A stretch of DNA of 64,000 nucleotides, taken from IMG/VR virus record IMGVR_UViG_2880372215_000004; one strand, 5' to 3'. Both the position numbers and the translations under genes were made by a program. Of the stretch, positions 17,517-26,379 are shown piece by piece; the first letter of the stretch is position 1; every line of letters starts with the position of its first letter. The DNA is from a virus (lineage: Duplodnaviria > Heunggongvirae > Uroviricota > Caudoviricetes). The notes beneath the pieces are model-generated. The model worked only from the letters and a program-made list of their open reading frames with translations, made no database searches and was not told the DNA's origin.

Positions 17517-18116
17517 ATGGCGCATATACAACTGGTCAAACAAACTTCTTCTGGTTTACTTCTCCCGGCGACGCCGGAGAGTTGCGATTTTCTGCATCAA
17601 ATCAAAATAGGTGAGTGGATACACGCAGATTTTAAGCGTGTGCGTAACTACGCATTCCACAAGCGTTTTTTCAAACTCCTGCAACTGGGATTCGATTACT
17701 GGACTCCGGTCGGTGGGGCGATCACGCCTCGCGAACGAGAACTGCTGTCTGGTTTCGTTGATTACCTGTGCGAATCAGTTGGTCGGGAACACACGCCAGC
17801 CCTGAGTGATGCCGCAGAGCAATACCTTAACACCGTTGCGACTCGTAGAACCCGGGATACGGCGTTGCTAAAGTCGTTTGAGGCTTTCCGCGAGTGGGTA
17901 ACCATTCAGGCCGGATTTTACACCGAGCATATTTATCCGGACGGTAGCCGTGGGCGTCGGGCAAAATCCATCGCTTTTGCGAATATGGACGAAGTCGAGT
18001 TTCAGCAGGTTTATAAATCTGTACTGAATGTGCTGTGGAACTGGATTCTGTTCCGTAAATTCTCCTCTCAGGAGGAAGTTGAAAATGTGGCCGCACAACT
18101 ACTGGAGTTTGCGTAA
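17517..18116 (+). CDS. DUF1367-family nin-region protein, 199 aa
   Basis: MAHIQLVKQTSSGLLLPATPESCDFLHQIKIGEWIHADFKRVRNYAFHKRFF is recalled as the lambdoid DUF1367 family. It precedes a ybcO-like gene. Confidence 0.7.
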   Translation: MAHIQLVKQTSSGLLLPATPESCDFLHQIKIGEWIHADFKRVRNYAFHKRFFKLLQLGFDYWTPVGGAITPRERELLSGFVDYLCESVGREHTPALSDAAEQYLNTVATRRTRDTALLKSFEAFREWVTIQAGFYTEHIYPDGSRGRRAKSIAFANMDEVEFQQVYKSVLNVLWNWILFRKFSSQEEVENVAAQLLEFA

Positions 18117-18406
18117 TGGTGAATTTACGTAAAGCGGCTAAAGGCCAGATATGCCAGATCAGAATCCCTGGCTACTGCAATCACAATCCCGAAACCTCTG
18201 TGCTGGCGCATTACAGGCTGGCGGGAACGTGCGGAACAGCGATAAAGCCACACGATATGCAGGCAGCGATTGCCTGTAACTCATGCCACGATTTAATCGA
18301 CGGGAGAGTAAAAACCAGCGATTACACCAAAGAAGAATTGCGCCTGATGCATGCAGAAGGTGTTTTTCGCACACAAGAGATCTGGAGAAAGGACGGTTAT
18401 TTATGA
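18116..18406 (+). CDS. ybcO: YbcO-like putative nuclease (DUF1364), 96 aa
   Basis: MVNLRKAAKGQICQIRIPGYCNHNPETSVLAHYRLAGTCG...CNSCHDLIDG carries a Cys/His metal site. Same size as DLP12 YbcO. Confidence 0.75.
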   Translation: MVNLRKAAKGQICQIRIPGYCNHNPETSVLAHYRLAGTCGTAIKPHDMQAAIACNSCHDLIDGRVKTSDYTKEELRLMHAEGVFRTQEIWRKDGYL

Positions 18407-18957
18407 TTTACCCAACGAACACAGGAAAAAGCGGAGAGCACCTTCGTCTCACCACGCTGGAAAGTGTCTGGATTCAGGGGAAACTACGTATGTGGGGGCG
18501 CTGGTCGTATATTGGCGGCGGTAAGACGGGAAATATGTTCAACCAGTTGCTGACCTCTAAAAAGCTGACAAAAACGGCAATTAACGAGGCGCTCCGGAGG
18601 ATGAAAAAAGCAGGTCTGGACAAACCTAAACTTGAGGCTTTTTTGCGGGATATGATCAACGGCAAGCAAAAAAGCTGGCTGGTGCATTGTACCGATTCAG
18701 AGGCGTTAATAATCGACAGGGTTATTGGTGAAGTACTGGCAGGTTATCCCGGGCTGCTCAATGTTCTGAGTCAGCGTTATGTGGGGCGGGGGATGACTAA
18801 GCGCAAAATGGCTGAACTGCTGAATGATGCACATCCGGAATGGAGTTTAAGAACCTGTGAAAGACGCATTGAGCATTGGCTAAAGGTGGCAGAATTTATT
18901 TTGTACAAACCAATGGTTATGGCTTTTGGTATAGAGAAAAAAGTTATTGCTTTTTGA
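18403..18957 (+). CDS. Late-gene antiterminator Q-like protein, 184 aa
   Basis: Start ATG 18403 overlaps the ybcO stop (ATGA). Last gene before the tRNA and late region. Assigned to the EHEC-type Q family from memory. Confidence 0.7.
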   Translation: MIYPTNTGKSGEHLRLTTLESVWIQGKLRMWGRWSYIGGGKTGNMFNQLLTSKKLTKTAINEALRRMKKAGLDKPKLEAFLRDMINGKQKSWLVHCTDSEALIIDRVIGEVLAGYPGLLNVLSQRYVGRGMTKRKMAELLNDAHPEWSLRTCERRIEHWLKVAEFILYKPMVMAFGIEKKVIAF

Positions 18958-19033
18958 CGTAAAAACTGCTTCAATTCCGGTAAGCTTCGCAAAGCTGTAT
19001 CGCGAGGCGAACCAAACGCATGAACTTTACCAG

Positions 19034-19058
19034 AACCCGCCATTGAGCGGGTTTTTTA
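19034..19058 (+). terminator. Rho-independent terminator downstream of Q (tR'-like candidate)
   Basis: AACCCGC-CATTGA-GCGGGTT followed by TTTTTATT. Confidence 0.6.
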
Positions 19059-19096
19059 TTGCGGAATTAATTACGGACCGTTATTATTCTGCTCCC

Positions 19097-19172
19097 GGCC
19101 CTTTAGCTCAGTGGTGAGAGCGAGCGACTCATAATCGCCAGGTCGCTGGTTCAAATCCAGCAAGGGCCACCA
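19097..19172 (+). tRNA. ileZ: tRNA with CAU anticodon, ileX/ileZ-like (Ile2, or Met)
   Basis: 76-nt cloverleaf GGCCCTT...AAGGGCCACCA with anticodon loop CTCATAA. Closely resembles E. coli ileX and the Stx-phage ileZ from memory. Confidence 0.85.
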
Positions 19173-19272
19173 TCACAAACCGCCATTAGCTTATCAGGAA
19201 GAGCAGACGACACCATAACAGGGTTGTTGGTGCGGGGGCGGGTCCCCGATGGCGGTCCATTATCGGTATTCT

Positions 19273-19349
19273 GCGTTGTTAGCTCAGCCGGACAGAGCAA
19301 TTGCCTTCTAAGCAATCGGTCAGTGGTTCGACTCCACTACAACGCGCCA
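19273..19349 (+). tRNA. tRNA-Arg (UCU), reads rare AGA/AGG codons
   Basis: 77-nt cloverleaf: acceptor GCGTTGT/ACAACGC, anticodon arm ATTGC-CTTCTAA-GCAAT, T arm AGTGG-TTCGACT-CCACT, 3' GCCA. Confidence 0.85.
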
Positions 19350-19362
19350 CACTTATTTTCCA

Positions 19363-19387
19363 GGCTCGCTTCGGCGGGCCTTTTTTG
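19363..19387 (+). terminator. Rho-independent terminator after the tRNA pair
   Basis: GGCTCGC-TTCG-GCGGGCC followed by TTTTTTG. Confidence 0.6.
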
Positions 19388-19518
19388 TATCTGCGCCACG
19401 CCCGGCGCATATCAACCACAGAGCCTTTCGGGGGTGAGCTTACGGAGTGGTCAGTGTGACTTTCTCTGTGGGCAGATCGCTCCCGGGCGTTGGCTCACCC
19501 ACCCAAAGGAACGTCACG

Positions 19519-19950
19519 ATGTTTGGAATCTTCAAAAAGAAAACCCGCAGAGCGGCAGCGGAAATTAAAAAGTTTGAGAAACGCGATCTGGCACAGGCGG
19601 TGATTAACGCTGCATACCTGGTGGCCTATGCAGATGGTGAATGCGAGGCATCCGAGAAAGCGAAGATCGAACAGGTCTTACGTAATCAGCCTGCGTTGTC
19701 TGCGTTTACCTCGGAAATTAATGCGATTAGCGCAACTATTATCGGTCAGCTGGATACCAATTTTAAAATTGGTCGTCGTGCCGCGTTACGCGAGATTGAG
19801 GATGTGAAACACGATACGCGTGAAGCGGAAGATGTGCTGGATGTGGCGGTGGCCATTGCGGAGGCAGACGGCGAAATTGAGCCGGAAGAGCGCAAGGTGC
19901 TGGAAGAGATTGCCGGTGTTCTGGGTCTTCGTCTGGAGAATCACCTGTGA
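19519..19950 (+). CDS. TerB-like (tellurite-resistance TerB family) protein, 143 aa
   Basis: MFGIFKKKTRRAAAEIKKFEKRDLAQAVINAAYLVAYADGECEASEKAKIEQVL...AVAIAEADGEIEPEERKVLEEIAG. The paired ADGE motifs are typical of TerB. Confidence 0.65.
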   Translation: MFGIFKKKTRRAAAEIKKFEKRDLAQAVINAAYLVAYADGECEASEKAKIEQVLRNQPALSAFTSEINAISATIIGQLDTNFKIGRRAALREIEDVKHDTREAEDVLDVAVAIAEADGEIEPEERKVLEEIAGVLGLRLENHL

Positions 19951-20114
19951 CGGTAAAACTGCGCCTGGCTGTGGCTGCACTCCTGCTGTTTCTGGTGGTG
20001 ATGGTGGATTTCACCAGCAGAATCATGTCGGTGCTGGCGGATGGGGTGCTGGTCTGCGGCATTGTGGTATTGCTGTGGCCGGTGATAAAAAGAAACAGCC
20101 TGCATAATGCTTGA
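19947..20114 (+). CDS. Small hydrophobic protein (55 aa) translationally coupled to the TerB-like gene
   Basis: The GTG overlaps the terB-like stop (GTGA). Hand translation gives VTVKLRLAVAALLLFLVVMVDFTSRIMSVLADGVLVCGIVVLLWPVIKRNSLHNA*. Below the track cut-off. Confidence 0.35.
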   Translation: MTVKLRLAVAALLLFLVVMVDFTSRIMSVLADGVLVCGIVVLLWPVIKRNSLHNA

Positions 20115-20281
20115 TTTTTTTGTTTGCTGTTTATTAAAAACACTTCTGCATGGTGAATCCCCCTGTGCGGAGGGGCGATCAGCAACCAGGTATATGGGAT
20201 AATCGCGGATTCAGGTGCTGATACTGAATTCACCGGGAGGCACCCGGCACCATGCAAGAAAAAGAATGTGCATGCAAACAT

Positions 20282-20306
20282 GCCCCTCTCCGGAGGGGCT
20301 TTTTTA
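20282..20306 (+). terminator. Rho-independent terminator
   Basis: GCCCCTC-TCCG-GAGGGGC followed by TTTTTTAT. Confidence 0.6.
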
Positions 20307-20524
20307 TGGGTAAAAAATGCCCGAATGGGTTCGGGCAATAGCATGAGATACTGATATTGTTGTGTTGTTATCGTGTGGATTTTAACCAGGGTTTATCAGG
20401 CTGCGCAACTGCGTGGCCTTTTTTCATTTCTTGGGCTGTAGTCCCCGAGTGTCATTCAGGCTTCCGGACTACAGCCAGCCCACTCCATATCTGATTTAAT
20501 ACACTATCCCGGCCGGGAGGAATA

Positions 20525-22378
20525 ATGACATTTAAACATTATGATGTTGTCAGGGCGGCGTCGCCGTCAGACCTTGCGGAAAAGCTGACACACAAACTGA
20601 AAGAGGGCTGGCAGCCATACGGCGGACCGGTTGCCATTACGCCGTACACACTGATGCAGGCGGTGGCTATTGAAGGAGAGCCACAGGTCGGCCCTTCATC
20701 TGAGCCGGATTGGTACTACGTCATCGTACTGGCCGGGCAGTCCAATGCCATGGCTTACGGTGAAGGGCTTCCGCTGCCGGATTCATACGATGCTCCGGAT
20801 CCGCGCATTAAACAGCTGGCGCGCCGCAGTACAGTGACGCCGGGCGGGGCTGCCTGCAGATATAACGATATTATTCCGGCTGACCACTGTCTGCATGATG
20901 TGCAGGATATGAGTACGCTGAATCATCCGAGGGCTGACCTGAGCAAAGGGCAGTACGGCTGTGTCGGCCAGGGTTTACATATTGCCAAAAAACTGCTCCC
21001 GTATATCCCGAATAACGCGGGGATCCTGCTGGTACCATGCTGTCGTGGTGGTTCGGCATTTACCCAGGGCGCGGAGGGGACATTCAGCGAGTCCACGGGG
21101 GCCAGTCAGGATTCGGCACGCTGGGGGGTGGGCAAGCCGTTATATCAGGATCTGATTTCCCGCACAAAAGCGGCATTGCAGAAAAATCCCAAAAACGTTC
21201 TGCTGGCCGTCTGCTGGATGCAGGGTGAGTTTGACATGAGCGCCGCCACCCACGCACAGCAACCTGCGCTGTTTACAGCCATGCTGACACAGTTTCGTGC
21301 TGACCTCTCCGTGTTTAACGCGCAGTGCCATGGTGGCAGCGCTGCAGATGTGCCGTGGATTTGTGGTGACACGACGTATTACTGGAAAAATACATACGCT
21401 ACCCAATACGACACCGTGTACGGCGGGTATAAAAACAGGGAGAGTGAGGGCGTTTATTTTGTGCCCTTCATGACAGACGGTAACGGCGTCAATACCGCCA
21501 CTAACGCGCCGGCAGAAGATCCGGATATTCCGGCATCAGGATATTACGGTGCGGCATCGAGAACGAATGGAAACCAGGTATCATCAAACCGCCCGACACA
21601 TTTCAGTTCATGGGCGCGCAGGAGCATTATTCCGGATCGTCTGGCAACCGCTATTCTGAACGCAGCCGGGCGCACCTCCGCCTTCATCAGTGGTAAGGCA
21701 CCGGAAATCAAACCCTCGCCCGGCGGCAACACGCCATCGGGTCCGTCTGCAGATACGTCCGTTCGCACAATCTCCCTGCTGCCGGCAGCCGGAGAGGCTG
21801 CTGCGCAGGGCTGGAGCATTAAGGATGGCGGAATTCAGTTGTCAGATGGTGTATTTAAGATCACCAGGCAGAGCAATAAAACCTGGTCCCTGACGCATCC
21901 GGTGGATGACGCAATTACCCTGCTGACACAGGGCGGCAGACTGAACTGTAAGTTCCGCCTGTCAGGCGCACTGACCAACAATCAGTTCGGGCTGGGGATT
22001 TATCTGTATACGGATGCTCCCGTTCCTGATGGTGTGGCGATGACGGGTACCGGTAATCCGTTCCTGATGTCGTACTTCACTCAGACCACTGACGGCAGAG
22101 TGAATCTGATGCATCACAGGAAAGCCGGAAACACGAAGCTGGGGGAGTTCGGCGATTACGGTAACGACTGGCAGACGCTGGAGCTGGTGTTCACCGCCGG
22201 CAGTGCCACGGTTACTCCGAAACTGAATGGAGTGGCTGGCCCGGCATTCCAGGTTATAAAAGACAGTCTGACACTGGGACTGAATGCGCTGACGCTGACG
22301 GATGTTACAAAAAATGCAGCGTATGGCGTTGAGATAGAAAGTCTGGTGCTGGAGATAAATGCACCGGCATCATCATAA
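20525..22378 (+). CDS. nanS-p: Prophage sialate O-acetylesterase NanS-p, 617 aa
   Basis: N-terminal DUF1737-like [43 protein letters not shown] block [18 protein letters not shown]. Located between the Q-tRNA region and the holin, as in EHEC lambdoid phages. Confidence 0.8.
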   Translation: MTFKHYDVVRAASPSDLAEKLTHKLKEGWQPYGGPVAITPYTLMQAVAIEGEPQVGPSSEPDWYYVIVLAGQSNAMAYGEGLPLPDSYDAPDPRIKQLARRSTVTPGGAACRYNDIIPADHCLHDVQDMSTLNHPRADLSKGQYGCVGQGLHIAKKLLPYIPNNAGILLVPCCRGGSAFTQGAEGTFSESTGASQDSARWGVGKPLYQDLISRTKAALQKNPKNVLLAVCWMQGEFDMSAATHAQQPALFTAMLTQFRADLSVFNAQCHGGSAADVPWICGDTTYYWKNTYATQYDTVYGGYKNRESEGVYFVPFMTDGNGVNTATNAPAEDPDIPASGYYGAASRTNGNQVSSNRPTHFSSWARRSIIPDRLATAILNAAGRTSAFISGKAPEIKPSPGGNTPSGPSADTSVRTISLLPAAGEAAAQGWSIKDGGIQLSDGVFKITRQSNKTWSLTHPVDDAITLLTQGGRLNCKFRLSGALTNNQFGLGIYLYTDAPVPDGVAMTGTGNPFLMSYFTQTTDGRVNLMHHRKAGNTKLGEFGDYGNDWQTLELVFTAGSATVTPKLNGVAGPAFQVIKDSLTLGLNALTLTDVTKNAAYGVEIESLVLEINAPASS

Positions 22379-22527
22379 AAAGTGAGCCAGTCAAATGGAA
22401 GGTATCGTTAAACTCACCGGTAGTGTCAGTGGGTCGTCTGAGACGCCTGCATGAGTTATCAGAGCCATCAGTAGTTAACTGGTGGCTTTTTTATTGTTGT
22501 CAGCTTCCGGATAACGGGAGACGGGGT

Positions 22528-22743
22528 ATGTACCAGATGGAAAAAATCACAACAGGTGTGTCATACACCACGTCAGCGGTAGGGACGGGATACTGGTTAC
22601 TGCAACTGCTGGACAAAGTCTCTCCGTCCCAGTGGGTGGCAATAGGTGTACTGGGGAGTCTGCTGTTTGGCCTGCTGACGTATCTGACTAACCTGTATTT
22701 CAAAATCAGGGAGGACCGCCGTAAGACGGCGCGGGGAGACTAA
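22528..22743 (+). CDS. Holin S, 71 aa
   Basis: [66 protein letters not shown]. Dual Met start and two TM segments. Matches the 933W-type holin from memory. Confidence 0.85.
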   Translation: MYQMEKITTGVSYTTSAVGTGYWLLQLLDKVSPSQWVAIGVLGSLLFGLLTYLTNLYFKIREDRRKTARGD

Positions 22744-22747
22744 AGCG

Positions 22748-23092
22748 ATGAAGAAAAAATACGAACTGGTTGTTAAAGAGATAAATAATTACCCGGATAA
22801 GATTGCTGTTACTGTGGCACTTGAAATTGGCGGGCATCCGTCGTTGTTGTTGCCACATGTGGCGATTAGTCTTGACCGTACTGAAGGTGCCACGCTGGAG
22901 TTTTACGAAGCTGAGGCGAAAAAGCAGGCGAAGCAGTTTTTCATGGATGTTGCTGCCGGGTTATGTGAAGGGGATGGTCCGTTACCGGAAAAGCGTCCCG
23001 TAATTTTAGAGGCGCAGGATGTGTTGATAACCTACAGAGGAAAACTACCGGGAATAATTACGGGTTCTCTGAAGACTCCACCGCTGGCCTGA
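22748..23092 (+). CDS. DUF1327-type protein inserted between holin and endolysin, 114 aa
   Basis: MKKKYELVVKEINNYPDKIAVTVALEIGGHPSLLLPHVAISLDRTEG. Recalled as the conserved EHEC-phage DUF1327 family. Confidence 0.6.
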   Translation: MKKKYELVVKEINNYPDKIAVTVALEIGGHPSLLLPHVAISLDRTEGATLEFYEAEAKKQAKQFFMDVAAGLCEGDGPLPEKRPVILEAQDVLITYRGKLPGIITGSLKTPPLA

Positions 23093-23142
23093 AGACTTAA
23101 CATATCCAGGGATTTGAAATCGATAAACCCTGATAAATATCC

Positions 23143-23676
23143 ATGAACGCAAAAATCAGATACGGCCTGTCGGCTGCCGTTCTGGCGCTGATTGCCGCAG
23201 GTGCGCCTGCGCCTGAAATCCTCGACCAGTTTCTGGATGAAAAGGAAGGTAACCACACCACAGCATACCGTGATGGTGCGGGTATCTGGACCATCTGCCG
23301 TGGAGCCACCCGGGTGGATGGTAAGCCTGTTATTCCTGGCATGAAGCTGTCGAAGGAAAAATGCGACCGGGTTAACGCCATTGAGCGTGATAAGGCGCTG
23401 GCATGGGTGGAGAAAAACATCAGAGTGCCACTGACCGAACCCCAGAAAGCGGGGATTGCGTCATTCTGTCCGTACAACATTGGCCCCGGTAAGTGTTTCC
23501 CGTCGACGTTTTATAAACGAATTAATGCAGGAGATCGAAAAGGTGCCTGCGAAGCGATTCGCTGGTGGATTAAGGACGGTGGCAGAGACTGCCGTATTCG
23601 CTCAAATAACTGTTATGGTCAGGTATCCCGTCGTGACCAGGAGAGCGCGCTGGCGTGCTGGGGAATCGACAGATAA
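23143..23676 (+). CDS. Endolysin R (GH24 lysozyme with N-terminal signal-anchor), 177 aa
   Basis: Hydrophobic N-terminus LSAAVLALIAAGA, then EGNHTTAYRDGAGIWTICRGAT (the lysozyme catalytic E-x8-D-x5-T pattern). Confidence 0.85.
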   Translation: MNAKIRYGLSAAVLALIAAGAPAPEILDQFLDEKEGNHTTAYRDGAGIWTICRGATRVDGKPVIPGMKLSKEKCDRVNAIERDKALAWVEKNIRVPLTEPQKAGIASFCPYNIGPGKCFPSTFYKRINAGDRKGACEAIRWWIKDGGRDCRIRSNNCYGQVSRRDQESALACWGIDR

Positions 23677-23949
23677 GCAGAATATTTTGCTGAAAAATGA
23701 CGTTGGCCAGCGCGGGCGGATAACACGAAATCCTGCGAACTGGCAAAATGTAAGTGAATAAAGTTAGGCAGATTATTTCACGCAGAGGCACCGTAATGGT
23801 GCCTTTGTCATTTCTGCGCTTCGCACAAGCGTAAATAAACCAAAGAACCTTTCAGGATGAGCCCTGGTGGATAACCGGCAGTGGTCTGGTTAACCCTCTT
23901 TGGGCTGGTTATTCCTGTGCGCAGGGTTCATCACTAAAAGGAATCAACC

Positions 23950-24645
23950 ATGAAAGAGATGATTTCTGTCGATCATGAAATATCCATGAGTAGTCTGGAT
24001 TTTCTGAATAACATTATTAATCCAGCCCGGGCAGAAGCCGGAGAAGTCCCTCATGAACCGCGTAAGTTTCTTGCAAAAATTGAGGATGAGCTAGAGCTTG
24101 ATGGAACCGGAAAAAAATTCCGGTTAAACAATAACCAGACAAGAACGGCATACTATGATCTGGATTTTGACCAGATGATGCTCGTTGGCATGAGGGAGTC
24201 AAAGGCCGTTCGTCGTTCTGTGCTGGCAAGACTCAAAGCGATGCATGGTATTCAGATCCCCCGGACTTTACCTGAGGCGTTGCGATTTGCGGCAAAACTG
24301 GCTGAACAGAAAGCAGTGCTGGAAAATCAACTGGCAATAGCAGCGCCGAAGGCTGAATTTGTTGATAACTATGTTGAAGCATCTGGTCTGATGGGATTCC
24401 GGGAAGTTGCTAAGTTACTCGGTATCAAAGAAACCGATTTCCGGCTGTTTTTGTTGGAGAACGGAATAATGTATCGCCTCGCTGGAAAAATGACGCCTTA
24501 CTCGCATCACCTGGATGCGGGGCGGTTTAGCGTGAAAACGGGCGAGGCGGGCAATGGTCATGCTTTTACGCAGGTTAAATTCACCCCAAAAGGTGTTCAG
24601 TGGATTGCTGGTCTGCTTGCTGCATGGAGAGCTACCGCAGCATGA
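23950..24645 (+). CDS. Antirepressor-like protein (Rha-type N-terminus plus KilAC/Ant C-terminal domain), 231 aa
   Basis: C-terminal PKAEFVDNYVEASGLMGFREVAKLLGIKETDFRLFLLENGIMYR is typical of the KilA-C/ANT domain. Inserted inside the lysis cassette. Confidence 0.7.
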   Translation: MKEMISVDHEISMSSLDFLNNIINPARAEAGEVPHEPRKFLAKIEDELELDGTGKKFRLNNNQTRTAYYDLDFDQMMLVGMRESKAVRRSVLARLKAMHGIQIPRTLPEALRFAAKLAEQKAVLENQLAIAAPKAEFVDNYVEASGLMGFREVAKLLGIKETDFRLFLLENGIMYRLAGKMTPYSHHLDAGRFSVKTGEAGNGHAFTQVKFTPKGVQWIAGLLAAWRATAA

Positions 24646-24737
24646 AGATGATAAAAACGGACTGGAAATTTTTGCTGGTCTGGCTGATTCCGTTTTTATG
24701 GGTGGTTGCCCGGTTAATTACTGCTATTAAGGGGTAA
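24642..24737 (+). CDS. Tiny membrane ORF (31 aa) coupled to ant
   Basis: The ATG overlaps the ant stop (ATGA). Translation: MKMIKTDWKFLLVWLIPFLWVVARLITAIKG*. Confidence 0.35.
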   Translation: MKMIKTDWKFLLVWLIPFLWVVARLITAIKG

Positions 24738-24739
24738 AG

Positions 24740-24871
24740 ATGTCAGACAAACTCATAATGCTGGCGAAGGGCCTTTGTGTAATCGTCGGTATTTCATTTT
24801 CACTAATGCTGGTTGTTCTTTTTCTTTCCATAACCTGGATGGCGTTGACTTCGGCAGGGCTGGTGGGGTGA
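24740..24871 (+). CDS. Tiny membrane ORF (43 aa) coupled to Rz
   Basis: MSDKLIMLAKGLCVIVGISFSLMLVVLFLSITWMALTSAGLVG*. Its stop overlaps the GTG start of Rz (GTGA). Confidence 0.35.
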   Translation: MSDKLIMLAKGLCVIVGISFSLMLVVLFLSITWMALTSAGLVG

Positions 24872-25341
24872 GCATAAACCGAATGCTTTCCGCGTTTACC
24901 GTTATTCTGCTGGTGGTCTGTGGTGCGCTTAGTCTGGGGCTGAATCATTACCGCGATAACGTCATCACCTACAAAGCGCAGCGCGATAAAAAAGCCAGAG
25001 AGCTGGAGCTGGCAAACGCAACCATTACTGATATGCAGGTGCGCCAGCGCGATGTTGCTGCGCTCGATGCAAAATACTCGAGGGAATTAGCCGATGCGAG
25101 AGCTGAAAATGAAACTCTGCGTGCTGATGTTGCCGCTGGTCGTAAGCGCCTGCGGATCAACGCCACCTGCTCCGGTACCGTGCGTGAAGCCACCGGCACC
25201 TCCGGCGTGGATAATGCAACCGTCCCCCGACTGGCAGACACCGCTGAACGGGATTATTTCATCCTCAGAGAACGGTTGATGACAATGCAGAAGCAGCTGG
25301 AAGGGGCACAGGACTATATCCGCACTCAGTGCCTGAACTAA
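24868..25341 (+). CDS. Rz: i-spanin Rz, ~157 aa (GTG start inferred)
   Basis: NHYRDNVITYKAQRDKKARELELANATITDMQVRQRDVAALDAKYSRELADA...LADTAERDYFILRERLMTMQKQLEG is close to lambda Rz from memory. Confidence 0.8.
   Translation: MSINRMLSAFTVILLVVCGALSLGLNHYRDNVITYKAQRDKKARELELANATITDMQVRQRDVAALDAKYSRELADARAENETLRADVAAGRKRLRINATCSGTVREATGTSGVDNATVPRLADTAERDYFILRERLMTMQKQLEGAQDYIRTQCLN
25109..25279 (+). CDS. Rz1: o-spanin lipoprotein Rz1, embedded in Rz (+1 frame)
   Basis: MKLCVLMLPLVVSAC has a lipobox. It is followed by the proline-rich VKPPAPPAWIMQPSPDWQTPLNGIIS, as in lambda Rz1. Confidence 0.8.
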   Translation: MKLCVLMLPLVVSACGSTPPAPVPCVKPPAPPAWIMQPSPDWQTPLNGIISSSENG

Positions 25342-25673
25342 GTTTTGCTGATGCGCCGTATCGTCGCTGTATTCCCTCATTAACAGAGACCGCAGCCCGA
25401 CAGGGAGACTCCTCTGCGCGAGTGTGCGGGGAGAATCAAAAACGATACGCACCGGGGTTTACCGCGTTAACGGAGCGCGGCGTTGTCCCCTCATGGTCGC
25501 TGGTTCGGTGCGATGGTGGAAGAAACCGGACGATGTGTTACCTCGCAAGACCTGTTATGTCATGTGTCTGATTTGTGATTTAAGTCGGATAATTGTCGTT
25601 GCCATTAAGCAGAGGATTGATGGCCGACAGGGTGGCATTGTTAGAATAAGACTTATTCTTATCTGTGCCGGGA

Positions 25674-26006
25674 ATGAAAATGAAAAGAAATCTTCCGTTA
25701 ATTATTTTGTTGTCTTCTCTGGTTATGGGCTGTACGCAACATAAAACAGATATGCCCCGACAGTTGGTTAAGGCATTACCACAATATCCGGCCTATGCAG
25801 CGGCAAATTATATAAAGGGACGGGTTGATGTGAAGTTTGATATTGGTGCTGATGGTACTGTCACCCGAATTGAGTTTATCCGTTCAGAGCCGCACCATCT
25901 GTTTGATGAGCAGGTTGTAAAGGCGATGGCAAAATGGCGATTTGAGAAGGACAGGCCGCGTAAAGGCGTGAAGAAAACGTTTATCTTTAGTCCTTCTGCA
26001 CCCTGA
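25674..26006 (+). CDS. Lipoprotein with TonB C-terminal-like domain, 110 aa (moron)
   Basis: Signal and lipobox MKMKRNLPLIILLSSLVMGC. TonB_C-like PQYPAYAAANYIKGRVDVKFDIGADGTVTRIEFIRSEPHHLFDEQVVKAMAKWRF. Confidence 0.7.
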   Translation: MKMKRNLPLIILLSSLVMGCTQHKTDMPRQLVKALPQYPAYAAANYIKGRVDVKFDIGADGTVTRIEFIRSEPHHLFDEQVVKAMAKWRFEKDRPRKGVKKTFIFSPSAP

Positions 26007-26137
26007 TTATTTCATCAGAAATTAATTATCACTCTGTTGTTATTCTGTACATTCCGGCTGGGTAAGTCTTGTTCCGCCGGGTATGAAGATGAAATATTGT
26101 TGGAGGACAGTGGGTACCTGCTCCTGTAACCGAACGT

Positions 26138-26338
26138 TCATTTCTCGTTATTTGTCATGCTGGCCGGACGCAGATGCGTTGCATCTGTTGCCAGCCTTCT
26201 CCTGCAGGCTTCAATAACCCACGCTGAAAAGTTACCGGAACCTTTATGTTCAAGGGCGATATTGATCTGTTCAATCATGTGATTGGGGAAACGGATATTG
26301 CGGGTTGTGGTTCTGCGGGTCCGGTTTTTCGATGACAT
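26138..26338 (-). CDS. DUF3950/YlcI-like small DNA-binding protein, 66 aa
   Basis: MSSKNRTRRTTTRNIRFPNHMIEQINIALEHKGSGNFSAWVIEACRRRL has a ribbon-helix-helix-like pattern. Common just upstream of terminase modules in EHEC prophages (from memory). Confidence 0.6.
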   Translation of the reverse strand: MSSKNRTRRTTTRNIRFPNHMIEQINIALEHKGSGNFSAWVIEACRRRLATDATHLRPASMTNNEK

Positions 26339-26379
26339 ATTTATTTCCTTTACTGATTGCCATATGACGGGGATTTTAC

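Noticed and set aside
18951-19033. Attempted to define pR' (-35 TTGACG at 18951-18956) and a qut site downstream of Q
   Set aside because: I found no convincing -10 at the proper spacing. Only the downstream terminator (19034-19058) is reported.
19500-20520. Looked for stxA/stxB between the Q-tRNA region and nanS-p
   Set aside because: No Shiga-toxin-like ORFs are present. The slot holds a TerB-like gene and a small membrane ORF. The 193-aa minus ORF 19763-20344 is an implausible Pro/Arg/His-rich antisense product.
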